64,000 nt of DNA, taken from Octopus sinensis (lineage: Eukaryota). Position 1 is the first letter of the stretch, and each line of letters starts with the position of its first letter. The notes beneath the pieces were generated by a model. That model was not told where the DNA came from and searched no databases. It worked only from the letters and a program-made list of their open reading frames with translations. The DNA is taken from assembly GCF_006345805.1 (NCBI RefSeq), contig NC_043012.1, positions 16,430,001-16,494,000 of the forward strand. Reading direction: 5' to 3'. The translations under genes and the position numbers were made by a program. This document shows, piece after piece, positions 53,114 to 63,334 of the stretch.

Positions 53114-53359
53114 AATTTCTTTATTGCCCACCGGGGGCCAAACATAGATATGGACAGTACAACTGATGGGATCAGTGAATCGATATGATTTTACATAAAT
53201 GTGACATCAAAAATAAAATACAATACATAAAAATCGAATGGAATACACAGTACAAAAACAATACAAATGAAGCGATGATCAAGTTACGCTCCGATCCCAC
53301 AAGCCCCGATCTACCGCTGATACCTTTTTATTTTTCCTTTTTTTTTTTTCCTCGTCTAT

Positions 53360-56300
53360 TCACACGGTTCCTTGCACGCACAACACTCGTGCAACATACT
53401 TCCATCTCTTTTGGAACGTACACTCTGACAGACACCTCTTCTCCAGCCACAGTTTCCTTTTCAAATGAAAAGAAAAAAAGGATCGTAAATTGTCACCAGA
53501 GATAAAGTTGCCTGTCTTAATTCCTTTTATCCTAGTATTCCATACAGCCTCTTTTGCTATTGCTACAACCGTGAGAAAACAATTCTTACCTTCGTTCGTT
53601 AGAACTCCCGGTGGGTCAATTTTTATAATTGACTCAGTCGACAGCCGTACTCTTCCTTCGCCGGACAACAGATGTTCAGCATAAGCCCACATTTCAGTTA
53701 TCTCCGGACACTGAACAATAGCGTGAGGGACGGTTTCCCTGTCCCCACCGCATCTTGGACAGGTCGGCGACTGACGTTTACCATGTCTTGCGAGCTTATC
53801 CCAAACGGGCAAGGCACCTCTGTAGCATTGCCAGGTTAAGGACTTTTGGAAGTTGTCCAACGTTCTCAACCCGAATGTACGATGAAACAAGCTGTCCAGT
53901 TGAATAAATCCGAGACCTAGAGTCGACCCCAGGCCATCGTCGCATTCAGACTCTACCAACCCACTATATAAAATCCGTGTGGAACCCCCACCGCTGGCGT
54001 TGCCCGAGCGCCGGAACAGCAAGAGGGCCTTACGGCACTCTTTATGCCACTCACTCGACCTCGGTCTACGAGAACACCAGGCTTCCTGTTCGCAAAAACT
54101 CTTGAACTCAGGGAACATTTGTCTGGCCAGCTGAGACCACACCCGTTCACTATCCAGGAGAATCCAGAGGTGCCTCAACCTCAACGCATGTCTGCGCATC
54201 ATTAACCAAGGCATCCCTAAACCTCCATTTAAAGGCTTTTGACAGCAGACAGAGCGTTTCACAAGTGGCGACCTGCCCTTCCACAAAAAGCGAAAGAGCT
54301 GTCTCTCCAACCTGATCAACCACGAATCCGGACAGGGCACGACAGTCAGGCGGTAGGTAATGACCGATGCGATAAACACATTGGCCACTTCCGCCCTCCC
54401 TTTCAGGGATAGCCACCGCCAAGACCAAGTCTTGACTACTGCAGCCACCCTGCTCAATACCTCCGTCCAGTTCTTCTCTATCTGGAGGCCTGGTCCAAAC
54501 CAGACTCCCAGCAACTTAACCGGTCCCTCCGTCCAGCGCCTAACAACACTGTCTGAAGGCATCGACTTGCCAACCCAGGTGCCGAGCTGCAAGCCGACCG
54601 ACTTTTCCCGGTTAATCTTTGCTCCTGCTACCTCCTCGTAAGCCTCAATAGTCTTACCTACTTCACGTAGGCGTACCACTGTGGTTACACTGATAGTGAT
54701 ATCATCCGCGAAAGCCGTAACAAACTCCTCTAGTCCTGGTTCTCTCGGGATGCCACTCAACCTTTGCAGTAATGGCTCGAGAGCCATCACATACAAAAGT
54801 GGTGAAAGCGGACATCCTTGACGAACCGAGCGTCTGATGCAGAACGGCTTCGAAAGGAAACCGTTCACCCGAACTATCGAGTCAATGTTGTGGTACAAAG
54901 CGATAAACCACCTGAGGAAGCCAAGGCCCAGGCCAAACCGCGCAAGTACAGTCGCTAGGTATCGATGGTCAACCCTATCAAAAGCTTTAGACTGGTCCAA
55001 ATGCACCAATGCCCCACCTTTGCCAGATTTATTACCAAACCTCTCTATGGTATAGCGAATAAGATGGAGGGTATCCTGAATGGTTCTGCCTGGGATGGCA
55101 CATGTCTGTGCCTCCCCGACTATACCATTCGCGACACGCGCCAACCTTTTTGCTAGAACCTTGGCCAAAATCTTCACTTCTGCGTTTAACAGAGTGATGG
55201 GCCTGAAATTCTCTAGAACGTCCCCCTTGTCCGGGTCCTTTCTGACCAACGTCACTACTCCCCGGCGCACAGATCTGGGGATAAACCCATTCTGTTTCCA
55301 GTTCGCGTACACGTCAGTCAGTAGTTGCCCGAACAAGTCTGGCATACATTTATACAGCTCGTACGGAAGACCATCAAGTCCCGGTGACTTACCCGCTTTA
55401 CAATCGGCCAAAGCCTCCATCACCTCCTCAAGTGTGATTGGCCCTTCGCAAGACTCCGCATCCGACCCCGAGAGGCACGGCAGCCCGGTAAGAAAGTCCT
55501 CGAGGGCTCTCCCACCACCAGGACCGCCGTCACCCCCGAACAGCTGGGCGAAGTACTCCCGAAAGACCTCACACATTTTCTCGGGTTCGTTTATCAAGAC
55601 ACCATTTTGATTCGTCAAAGACCGAATAGAGGAACTATTTCCTTGCCGAGCTTCCACCACTCGGGCCCATCCAGCGGCTTTGATTCCTTCACTTCCCATT
55701 GCACGTAACTTAGCTCTGGTAATACTTCCCATGTGGTGGGCTTCAAGATGCTGGTTTAACTCCAGTCTTTTCACCCTCGCTTGGTCTGTATTACCAGTCC
55801 TCCAGGCTTCTTCTAGTTCCTTAACTAGACCATCTCCTATTTTACGTCCCTTCTTAGCTAAACTTATGCTAAACCTAATAGACTCATATTTGATGGCTCT
55901 TTTTAGGGCGTACCACCATTTGTTATTAATGATGGTACCTGTTAATGCCCTCTGTATTAACATCTTGATCCGCTTTCTGTACTCCTCAATCGCCAAAAGG
56001 GACGTATTGAGTTTCCAGTAGCCAGATCCCTGTCTATGCAACTTATCTACCGTCAGTTTACAGGTAACCATCTTGTGGTCACTGTAGCTGACTAGAAAAA
56101 ACTGTGGACACTCAACTATGGACTTATCTTTTTCTCTAATTAAAATCCTATCTAGATATGTTCTGGTAGACCCGTCACTATTTGACCACGTCCACTGTGG
56201 AGTGTTCGGGTGCTCCAACCTATATGGATCTGCTAGCTGAAATTGACTTAGCAGATCCCGAAAGCCTGTGTTACATTTTCTGTTCATGTTCGAGTTTGAG

Positions 56301-56764
56301 CCAACACAATCTGTGTGTGCTGCACATATTGTATTAGAGTCTCCTAACACTACTAGTGAATGCGACGTGGCTAGGAACTTTCCTAGGCCACGAAAATATT
56401 CAGTTTGCGGGCCAATAATGTTTGGTGCATAAATAGCGACCAGCCTGATTGTCTTGCCACAACTGAATGTCAAGTCGAGAACGACCAGCCTGCCTTCTGG
56501 GTCAGAAAAAACCAACTTTTTCTCGGCTACCCGGTTTCTTTTTAGTAGGACCAACACCCCACCCCCACCTCCCGCCCGACTCGGAGAAACGTACTTCTCG
56601 TAGCCGTTCAGGAGGGGGAGCAGATCTCTTGGCCCCTTCACCCGGGTTTCCGTTGCAACAATTACATCCAAATTTCTCGACCTGATGTCATTCAGAAAGC
56701 GTCCTTGCTTCCAGCTTGACAACAGGCCATGAACATTTAAACAACCAATGTGAATAGCCATCAC
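53360..56764 (-). CDS. ORF2: APE endonuclease + reverse transcriptase + C-terminal zf-RVT, 1134 aa, uninterrupted
   Basis: APE: CLNVHGL, ATET, AIYAP, LGDSN, YLDRI, SDH. RT: KSPGLDGLP, FRPITLLN, LDQSKAFDRVDH, RQGCPLSPLLY, FADD. Zinc finger: CPRC..ETVPHAIVQC. Confidence 0.95.
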   Translation of the reverse strand: MMAIHIGCLNVHGLLSSWKQGRFLNDIRSRNLDVIVATETRVKGPRDLLPLLNGYEKYVSPSRAGGGGGVLVLLKRNRVAEKKLVFSDPEGRLVVLDLTFSCGKTIRLVAIYAPNIIGPQTEYFRGLGKFLATSHSLVVLGDSNTICAAHTDCVGSNSNMNRKCNTGFRDLLSQFQLADPYRLEHPNTPQWTWSNSDGSTRTYLDRILIREKDKSIVECPQFFLVSYSDHKMVTCKLTVDKLHRQGSGYWKLNTSLLAIEEYRKRIKMLIQRALTGTIINNKWWYALKRAIKYESIRFSISLAKKGRKIGDGLVKELEEAWRTGNTDQARVKRLELNQHLEAHHMGSITRAKLRAMGSEGIKAAGWARVVEARQGNSSSIRSLTNQNGVLINEPEKMCEVFREYFAQLFGGDGGPGGGRALEDFLTGLPCLSGSDAESCEGPITLEEVMEALADCKAGKSPGLDGLPYELYKCMPDLFGQLLTDVYANWKQNGFIPRSVRRGVVTLVRKDPDKGDVLENFRPITLLNAEVKILAKVLAKRLARVANGIVGEAQTCAIPGRTIQDTLHLIRYTIERFGNKSGKGGALVHLDQSKAFDRVDHRYLATVLARFGLGLGFLRWFIALYHNIDSIVRVNGFLSKPFCIRRSVRQGCPLSPLLYVMALEPLLQRLSGIPREPGLEEFVTAFADDITISVTTVVRLREVGKTIEAYEEVAGAKINREKSVGLQLGTWVGKSMPSDSVVRRWTEGPVKLLGVWFGPGLQIEKNWTEVLSRVAAVVKTWSWRWLSLKGRAEVANVFIASVITYRLTVVPCPDSWLIRLERQLFRFLWKGRSPLVKRSVCCQKPLNGGLGMPWLMMRRHALRLRHLWILLDSERVWSQLARQMFPEFKSFCEQEAWCSRRPRSSEWHKECRKALLLFRRSGNASGGGSTRILYSGLVESECDDGLGSTLGLGFIQLDSLFHRTFGLRTLDNFQKSLTWQCYRGALPVWDKLARHGKRQSPTCPRCGGDRETVPHAIVQCPEITEMWAYAEHLLSGEGRVRLSTESIIKIDPPGVLTNEGKNCFLTVVAIAKEAVWNTRIKGIKTGNFISGDNLRSFFSFHLKRKLWLEKRCLSECTFQKRWKYVARVLCVQGTV

Positions 56765-56772
56765 TTACCTGT

Positions 56773-58329
56773 TTAATTAGGATTGTCCGGTGGAGGGGGA
56801 CCCTCCACCTTTTTTTTATCCAGGGTCGGAGGTGGACGGTCTTGGGAAATAGATTTGTCAAAATCCCGTCTCACCACCGACACAGAATTATCAGGTGGAG
56901 GGGGAATCTCCACCTTTTCCTTTTCTCGCGGGATCGGAGCTGGTAATCCATGAAATATCGACTTGTTAAAATCTAATCTCAATGAAGATACAGTCTTTCT
57001 GTACTTATTTTGTAGAATTCTATAAGTCTTATTTGAGACTTCATATATGTCGTAATTGATAAATTCCTCTGAAAGGTTATCAATTTTTTTTTACAGTCTT
57101 TATGAGTTGAATGTCTCTCATGAGCTCAGTATCTTTAGTGTATACGGCTATTATGCCTTTTTCTTCTTTTTCTCTTCTGGCAGTCTTTTTTGGTCGTTGT
57201 TCTGTAGTAGTCGCCGCTCTCGGCTGGGTTGCTGGTTGTATTTTTCTTTTGTTTGTTGTTTTTTTCTCATCTGTTTCTTCTTTATCTTCTTCCTCTTTGT
57301 CTTTTTTCTCCTCTTCCTCCTCTTCTTCATTTTCCTTGCAGTTCCTTCGAATGTGGCCTAATTGACCACATAAAAAACATCGAGGTTTTCGGCCCTCAAC
57401 AAACACCACGAGGTTCTCCTCCCCTACCTCAATTGTCTCAGGAATTGTTTGAATTATTTTAGGGTCCGCTTGAATGAGAAGATTAATTGTTTTACCATCC
57501 CAGCGTGGGTTTTCCGTAGCGGTAGCCTGGAGGAGAGTAATTTTTTCTACCTCTTTGATTAGGACTGCCGCCAACAACCACATAGGTTCGACCTCTGGCG
57601 GGACCCTTGTAATTTTTATTCGCGACGTCCTCATCCCCATATAATAGGGTATTAACTCCACGTCGTTCGTTTTCAACGTTTCCACTGAGTTCTTGTGTGC
57701 TATTTCTTTATTGGTGAACCTTACTTCCACCGTTCCGAATTTTTTCCTCTTCTCAGAAATACTACGTCGCCCAATATTGGCTTTAAGCACTTTTCTATTT
57801 TCTCTTCTGACATTCTTTCAATTTTTCTATTTTGTAGACAATATGTTTTGAAAATTATTGTTTTTTGCTTTTCTTCCTGTAATAACTTTTGCGGAGGTTC
57901 AATTTTCACACTGTTGTCATTTATTTCCATCATTTTGCTGTATTTCATAATTTCGCTTTTATTCGTCGACAGTATCTGGGTTCCACCCCCAGCAGCCAAC
58001 GCAAAACTTTTTTTTCCATTTTTTGGTTCTATCTGGATGCTAGGCACATCAATTATTCTCTTCGACACAATGCCTTTGTTCTCTGGCAAAGTCGGAAACT
58101 CTTCTGGTGAAAGTTCTGACGAGCTCTCAGACACATCTCCAAAAATATCAAATATATTATCCTCTCTGCTATTCCTTCTTGTAGCGGGGGAAACCCCTAT
58201 TTCCTTGTCTGTAGTTGGCTCCTCGCCGGACATGTATTTCCTCCTCTCAACAGGAGAAACAAGTATTTCTGCTCCAACGGTAGGCTCCATGCTAGACGAC
58301 ATTCTTCCCTCCAAAGGGGGAATGAACAA
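56773..58329 (-). CDS. ORF1: gag-like protein with zinc knuckle, split by two single-base indels in A-homopolymers (~57745, ~57085)
   Basis: ORFs 57721-58329, 57080-57790 and 56773-56982 join as FLRRGK/KFGTVEVRF and KTVKK/IDNLSEEF..LRLDFNK; knuckle CFLCGQLGHIRRNC. Confidence 0.8.
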
Positions 58330-58465
58330 CGCGTGCTACCACAAGCACTAAGTGTTTTCATTGAAAACTCCAACAGTTAAGTTATTCAACAGTTTAACAA
58401 GAAACAACAGTTGTTAACAATATTAACACCACGAAACAGCAATTCTTACTTCACGAACACATGTG

Positions 58466-58528
58466 CGGCAGACGAAATACGGCTACGCATTCCGCCCGGC
58501 GTGCTAACCACTCTGCCAGCTCGCCGCC
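58466..58528 (-). mobile_element. 5' head of the SINE split by the Tx1 LINE
   Basis: Minus strand GGCGGCGAGCTGGCAGAGTGGTTAGCACGCCGGGCGGAATGCGTAGCCGTATTTCGTCTGCCG matches the heads at 46198 and 59903. Confidence 0.9.
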
Positions 58529-59574
58529 TAATATATATATATATATATATAATATCGGGAATTATCGCATACCGTATTATTTCAATATAATCTATTCTGG
58601 TTTATAGATGAAAAGTGCCGCCCCTCCAAAAGTGCCCTAACCCTAACCCCTACCTCTCCCTTAGCTATTCTTGTGTGCTAGGGGTATCTGTAGAGGCTTA
58701 ATTATCCGTATAATACTCTCTTCAAACCTATTGAAAAGTTTCTTATTTCTTTCAATTCTCCCATGTCAGATAAAATGCTAACACAAAAAATGAAAAGACA
58801 CGCAGTGAAAATTATGAGGAAACAAAGTCAGTAGGGAGGAGGGCAAAACTGTATAGATATGTCAACTGGTGTCTGTACAAGATTTCACTAAAAAATACCC
58901 AGTTTTCTGCAAGTTATGAGGTAACAAAGGCGACTCGTGTGAATTTTAAAAAACTTTTCTCTCTCTCCACCTTCGCCACATCAGGAAAACGTCCCACTTT
59001 AAATTCTGATATAAATGGAACGTATACCATCAGAAGCATATCTGTTGAAAATTTCAAGTTAAAGAATCCATTTTTCCGAAAGTTATGAGGAAACAAAGTC
59101 GATAGGAACACACTTGTGTCCGTATGCCCGGTGGTACATGATCTATAGAATTTATTCTTTTATTCCTTGAAGCGTTTCAGCCCAAAGATTGTGGCCATGC
59201 AGGAGCATCGCCGGTAAAAGTAGGCGATGGGTGCATATGCATATTTCGGGAATACTTGCACTTTCTTCAGTACCACATGGAACCCAGAAAAATATATTTA
59301 ACATAATTTCTTTGTTCGCTGTGTTCCGGACTAAAATATATTTACGAATTAAAGCGGGAGTATAACTTGGGACTCGTGCAAATACAAGCGCACATACACA
59401 GACATACACAAAAGCACACACAAGCGTACACACAAACACACACATAAGCTCGCATACACATACACGAACACACTCTAACACATGCACGCAAACACATACG
59501 CACTGATACATAAATAAAGAAGAGCACACACAAGTACACATGTACACACAAACATACACATACACAAGCATATA

Positions 59575-59850
59575 CATATACACACACACATAAGCACGCA
59601 AACAGACACACACATGCATACACACATAAGCACGCATACGCACACACACACAAGCATACACACATCAGCACGCAGACACACACATGCATACACACATAAG
59701 CACGCATACGCACACACACACAAGCATACACACATCAGCACGCAGACACATACATGCATACACACATAAGCACGCATACGCACACACACACAAGCATACA
59801 CACATCAGCACGCAGACACACACAAGAATACACACATAATTACGCATACA
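59575..59850. repeat. 70-bp minisatellite built from CA-rich sequence
   Basis: CATCAGCACGCAGAC recurs at 59663, 59733 and 59803. Confidence 0.85.
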
Positions 59851-59902
59851 CACAACACACAGACACACACACTGTGTATGTTTTCAAAAATAATTTCTGT
59901 TA

Positions 59903-60135
59903 GGCGGCGAGCTGGCAGAAACGTTAGCACGCCGGGCGAAATGCTTAGCGGTATTGCGTCTGTCGTTGCGTTCTGAGTTCAAATTCCGCCGAGGTCGACT
60001 TTGCCTTTCATCCTTTCGGGGTCGATAAATTAAGTACCAGTTTCGCACTGGGGTCGATGTAATCTACTTAATCCCCTTGTCTGTCCTTGTTTGTCCCCGC
60101 TATGTTTAGCCCCTTGTGGGCAGTAAAGAAATAAA
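59903..60135 (+). mobile_element. Full-length monomeric Tx1-tailed SINE with 12-bp TSD
   Basis: Complete head, body and tail; TSD AATTTCTGTTAG at 59892-59903 and 60136-60147. Confidence 0.9.
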
Positions 60136-60723
60136 AATTTCTGTTAGAAAGAAAATTCGTTCACAGTCATTTGACAGCCGAGTTTACGGCAAACGGCGAT
60201 CGTTGCCGTAGTCATTGATTTTAATATCTGCTTTATTAAACGAAAAGCCCGATGACGATGATGACGCCGACAACGACGATGATCCTAGCCCTAACGCTGA
60301 TACATAACTCTAACCCTACCTCCAATCCTAATCTTAAAGCTAATTCTAAACCCTAAACCCCAACACCAATACCAAACCCATTATTTCTGCTCATCGATAT
60401 AGTGTACTCGAAATGAATTCGAATCGTTGGCCTGAAGTAGATACTGGGAGCGTAAAATCTATCTGCTAATGTGAAAAAGTGCTGTACAAGTAGAACAAAA
60501 TTCAAATTTTGTGTTAAGAGAAGCTCTATACTGTAAACATTATCAATGTCACATGCTTAATGTTACATATTTAATGCATGTGCTTTGTTTAAACGCTTTT
60601 AGACTACGGTATTTCGTCCGCGGTATTTGTAGGAATCCAAGTAACCACTACACCATATGCCCACGGGCGTAGTAGTTAAGAGGAATCCAGGTAACCACTA
60701 CGCCATATGCCCACGGGCATATT

Positions 60724-60794
60724 GGGCATATGGCGTAGTAGTTAAGAGCGCGGGCTACTAACCCCAAGATTCCGAGTTAGATTCCAGGCAGTGA

Positions 60795-60836
<42 letters not shown>

Positions 60837-60870
60837 CAACAACAACAACAGCAGCAGCAGCAGCAGCAGC

Positions 60871-60950
<80 letters not shown>

Positions 60951-61090
60951 CGAAAAATACCTTAGGAATGAGAACCCAGGTTCGAAATTTCCCCAAGACA
61001 TCTGATGAAGGTTGCGGGGTATATCAGCCGAAACGTGTTAACAACAAACAAGATGAGGACAAATATCCGTCAATTGTAAATAATGCAAAT
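60724..61090 (+). mobile_element. tRNA-headed SINE-like composite: head, (AAT)n(CAG)n(CAA)n spacer, and hammerhead-like tail
   Basis: A box TGGCGTAGTAG, B-box-like GAGTTAGATTCC; tail CTGATGA-AGGTTG..CAGCC-GAAACGTGTT at ~61002-61039. Confidence 0.55.
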
Positions 61091-61342
61091 AATTTATAAA
61101 AAAAAAAGTCACAGGAAAAAATGTCACAGGGGTTTTGTCCGGGGGTGGGGGGTGGGGGTCCTGATCCCATAAATTAATTGTGACGTATTTTTCCTGCGAC
61201 TTTATTACCGGTCACCATTTGTATTGCCCCGATCTGGCAAAGCCTAAGTTGCCTCTCATTTAAGCTAATTCACTTCCTAACCAGTTATACCATAACTTGT
61301 TTATATCAATTCAATTCCGCTATTGTCAAATATTAGTCATAC

Positions 61343-61373
<31 letters not shown>

Positions 61374-61679
61374 TCCTGGTAGGAATATATATATAAACAC
61401 GCGTGTGTATGTTTATATTGCTATCCTCCACCTCTCTCATTTCGCTTCTCTCTCTCTCTCTCTCTCTCTCTCTTTAAAAAAGATGGTTATTATATATTTT
61501 TAAAAGTAGATCACTTAAGTTAACTACTCAGCGATTTCCGTGCCAAGAAGTAAACACAAACCCACGTGGCTGCGTGCGAAGTTGTTAGAATCCGGTTCCC
61601 CGGCCCCACCATAACCTCTAGGAAGAATCTTGATAAATAAATAAAAATTGAAGGCATGTGTGTATGTATGCCTCTTCTA

Positions 61680-62408
61680 TTTGTCAATTATTATAAATCT
61701 TCCGCCGAGGAGGGAGCCGGTTTGTAACAAAGATACAAGGCCCCATCTTTGGGATGTAGTTAACACATTTGGAATTTGAGAAAAGTCTTGCTCATTTTTA
61801 CTGTCCCACTCACAGACTACACTTGTAATGTACGAATTAGCCAGTCGATTTCTTTTTCTGAAAATCCCGGTTTATCCAGATTCTCCTTTAAGCATTTACT
61901 AACAAAACCTAATACTCCAATAATCATTCGTGACGCTTCGTCGGTTGCGACGACGAGGGTTCCAGTTGATCCAATCAACGGAACAGCCTGCTCGTGAAAT
62001 TAACGTGCAAGTGGCTGAGCACTCCACAGACACGTGTACCCTTAACGTAGTTCTCGGGGAGATTCAACGTGACACAGAGTGTGACAAGGCTGGTCCTTTG
62101 AAATACAGGTACAACAGAAACAGAGGAAGAAAGAGTGAGAGAAAGTTGTGGTGAAAGAGTACAGCTGGGTTCACCACCACCCCCTGCCGGAACCTCGTGG
62201 AGCTTTAGGTGTCTTCGCTCAAGAAACATTCACAACGCCCGGTCTAAGAATCGAAACCACAACCCTACGACTGTGAGTCCGCTGCCCTAACCACTGGGCC
62301 ATTGCCCAGTGAATTCATAGTCTGAATATAGAAGCTGGAGGTTTCGAAGTAGTTGTCCATGATATCCTCCTTTTTCTTTGGTTTTCAAACAAATATTTAT
62401 ATCTGCAT
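61680..62408 (-). mobile_element. 3' fragment of an RLE-type (R4/Dong-like) LINE, interrupted by a SINE
   Basis: ADINICLKTKEK..GQLLRNLQLLYSDYEF [SINE] IIGVLGFVSKCLKENLDK..SVSGTVK; homologous to 62500-62830. Confidence 0.6.
61928..62306 (-). mobile_element. tRNA-derived SINE (Arg-like head), tail type A
   Basis: Reverse complement of 18645-19024. Confidence 0.85.
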
Positions 62409-62496
62409 GCATGTATGCATGTATGATTGATTGATTGATTGATTCTAGTTTCAGCTCACGATCTGTGGCCATGCTGGGGCACCGTTCTTTTATGTT

Positions 62497-63310
62497 TTTC
62501 ATTATTTAAATTCTTCGGAGGAAGAAGGATCTGGTTTCTAACAAAGATACAAAGCTCCATTGTTAGAATGTAGATAAGGAAAACAAGGTCACATTCTGAA
62601 CCCGAGAAATGTCTTGCAAAGCTTTAGTGTTCCGCTTACAGGTTGCATTTCTAAAATGCGAATCATTTGGTTGATTTCTTTTTTCCGAAAATCCAAGCTT
62701 ATCTAGACTGACAGTTAGACATTTACTTAACCAAGCGCTCCGATTATTATTGGTATACATGTAAGCTGGAGGTTTCGAAGCAGATGTTCATAGTGAGCTT
62801 CTGTCTCTTTGATTTTCAAACAGATATATTCACATCAGATAATTTCTATGACGGTGCATACTTTTACTAGTCCGTCCCAAACAATATCCGGTCTGTTATG
62901 CTCACACTTGACACATCATTTGATGGCAATGTTCTACAAGTATTCCTTCAGCTGATATTTGTCTAAGTATTCAATAACAGGGGGATTCACTATATTTATT
63001 CTAGGACAGTCTTTTTTCCGGGGAGGGTTTTTGTATATTGTTTTTGCAACAGCGTCGTGTCGCATAGGGAGGTAGCACCTCGATGATATTTTTAAGCAGC
63101 TGTTATCACATTCGTGATGTCTTCCACGGAAATATGACATAGTCTACATTTACGGTTGCATCTTGGAACTCCAAGGGCTTCACTGTCTCTTGTTCTTGGA
63201 TTGCAAATGCATTGTCTTCGAAGTGTGATTTGATGTAGCGGTCACGAGTTTAAGAGAAGCTTCGCTTCATGTCAATGGTACTGTCTTTGAGAGATTCATT
63301 AGTTTTTTTC
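62497..63310 (-). mobile_element. Decayed RLE-type (R4/Dong-like) LINE 3' fragment
   Basis: AFAIQEQE, SC..YLPMRHDAVAKTIY, HNRPDIVWD and IIIGALG, in the order expected for the CCHC-RHD-PD(D/E)xK endonuclease region. Confidence 0.7.
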
Positions 63311-63334
63311 AACATCCACTCATAATTATTTCTA

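Larger units (their letters stand above)
53114..58465 (-). mobile_element. Full-length Tx1/L1-clade non-LTR retrotransposon (~5.35 kb)
   Basis: 5' UTR, ORF1 (CCHC), ORF2 (APE-RT-zf) and a 3' UTR ending AATAAAGAAATT. TSD CG(A/G)CAGACGAAATACG at 53098-53113 and 58466-58481. Confidence 0.93.

Noticed and set aside
53490-58351. Plus-strand ORFs overlapping the Tx1 element
   Set aside because: They are antisense shadows of the LINE ORFs with no recognisable motifs.
58634-60365. CCCTAA telomere-like repeats at ~58634-58655 and ~60285-60360
   Set aside because: Only two to a few degenerate units inside repeat-like sequence; not a telomere or a clear interstitial array.
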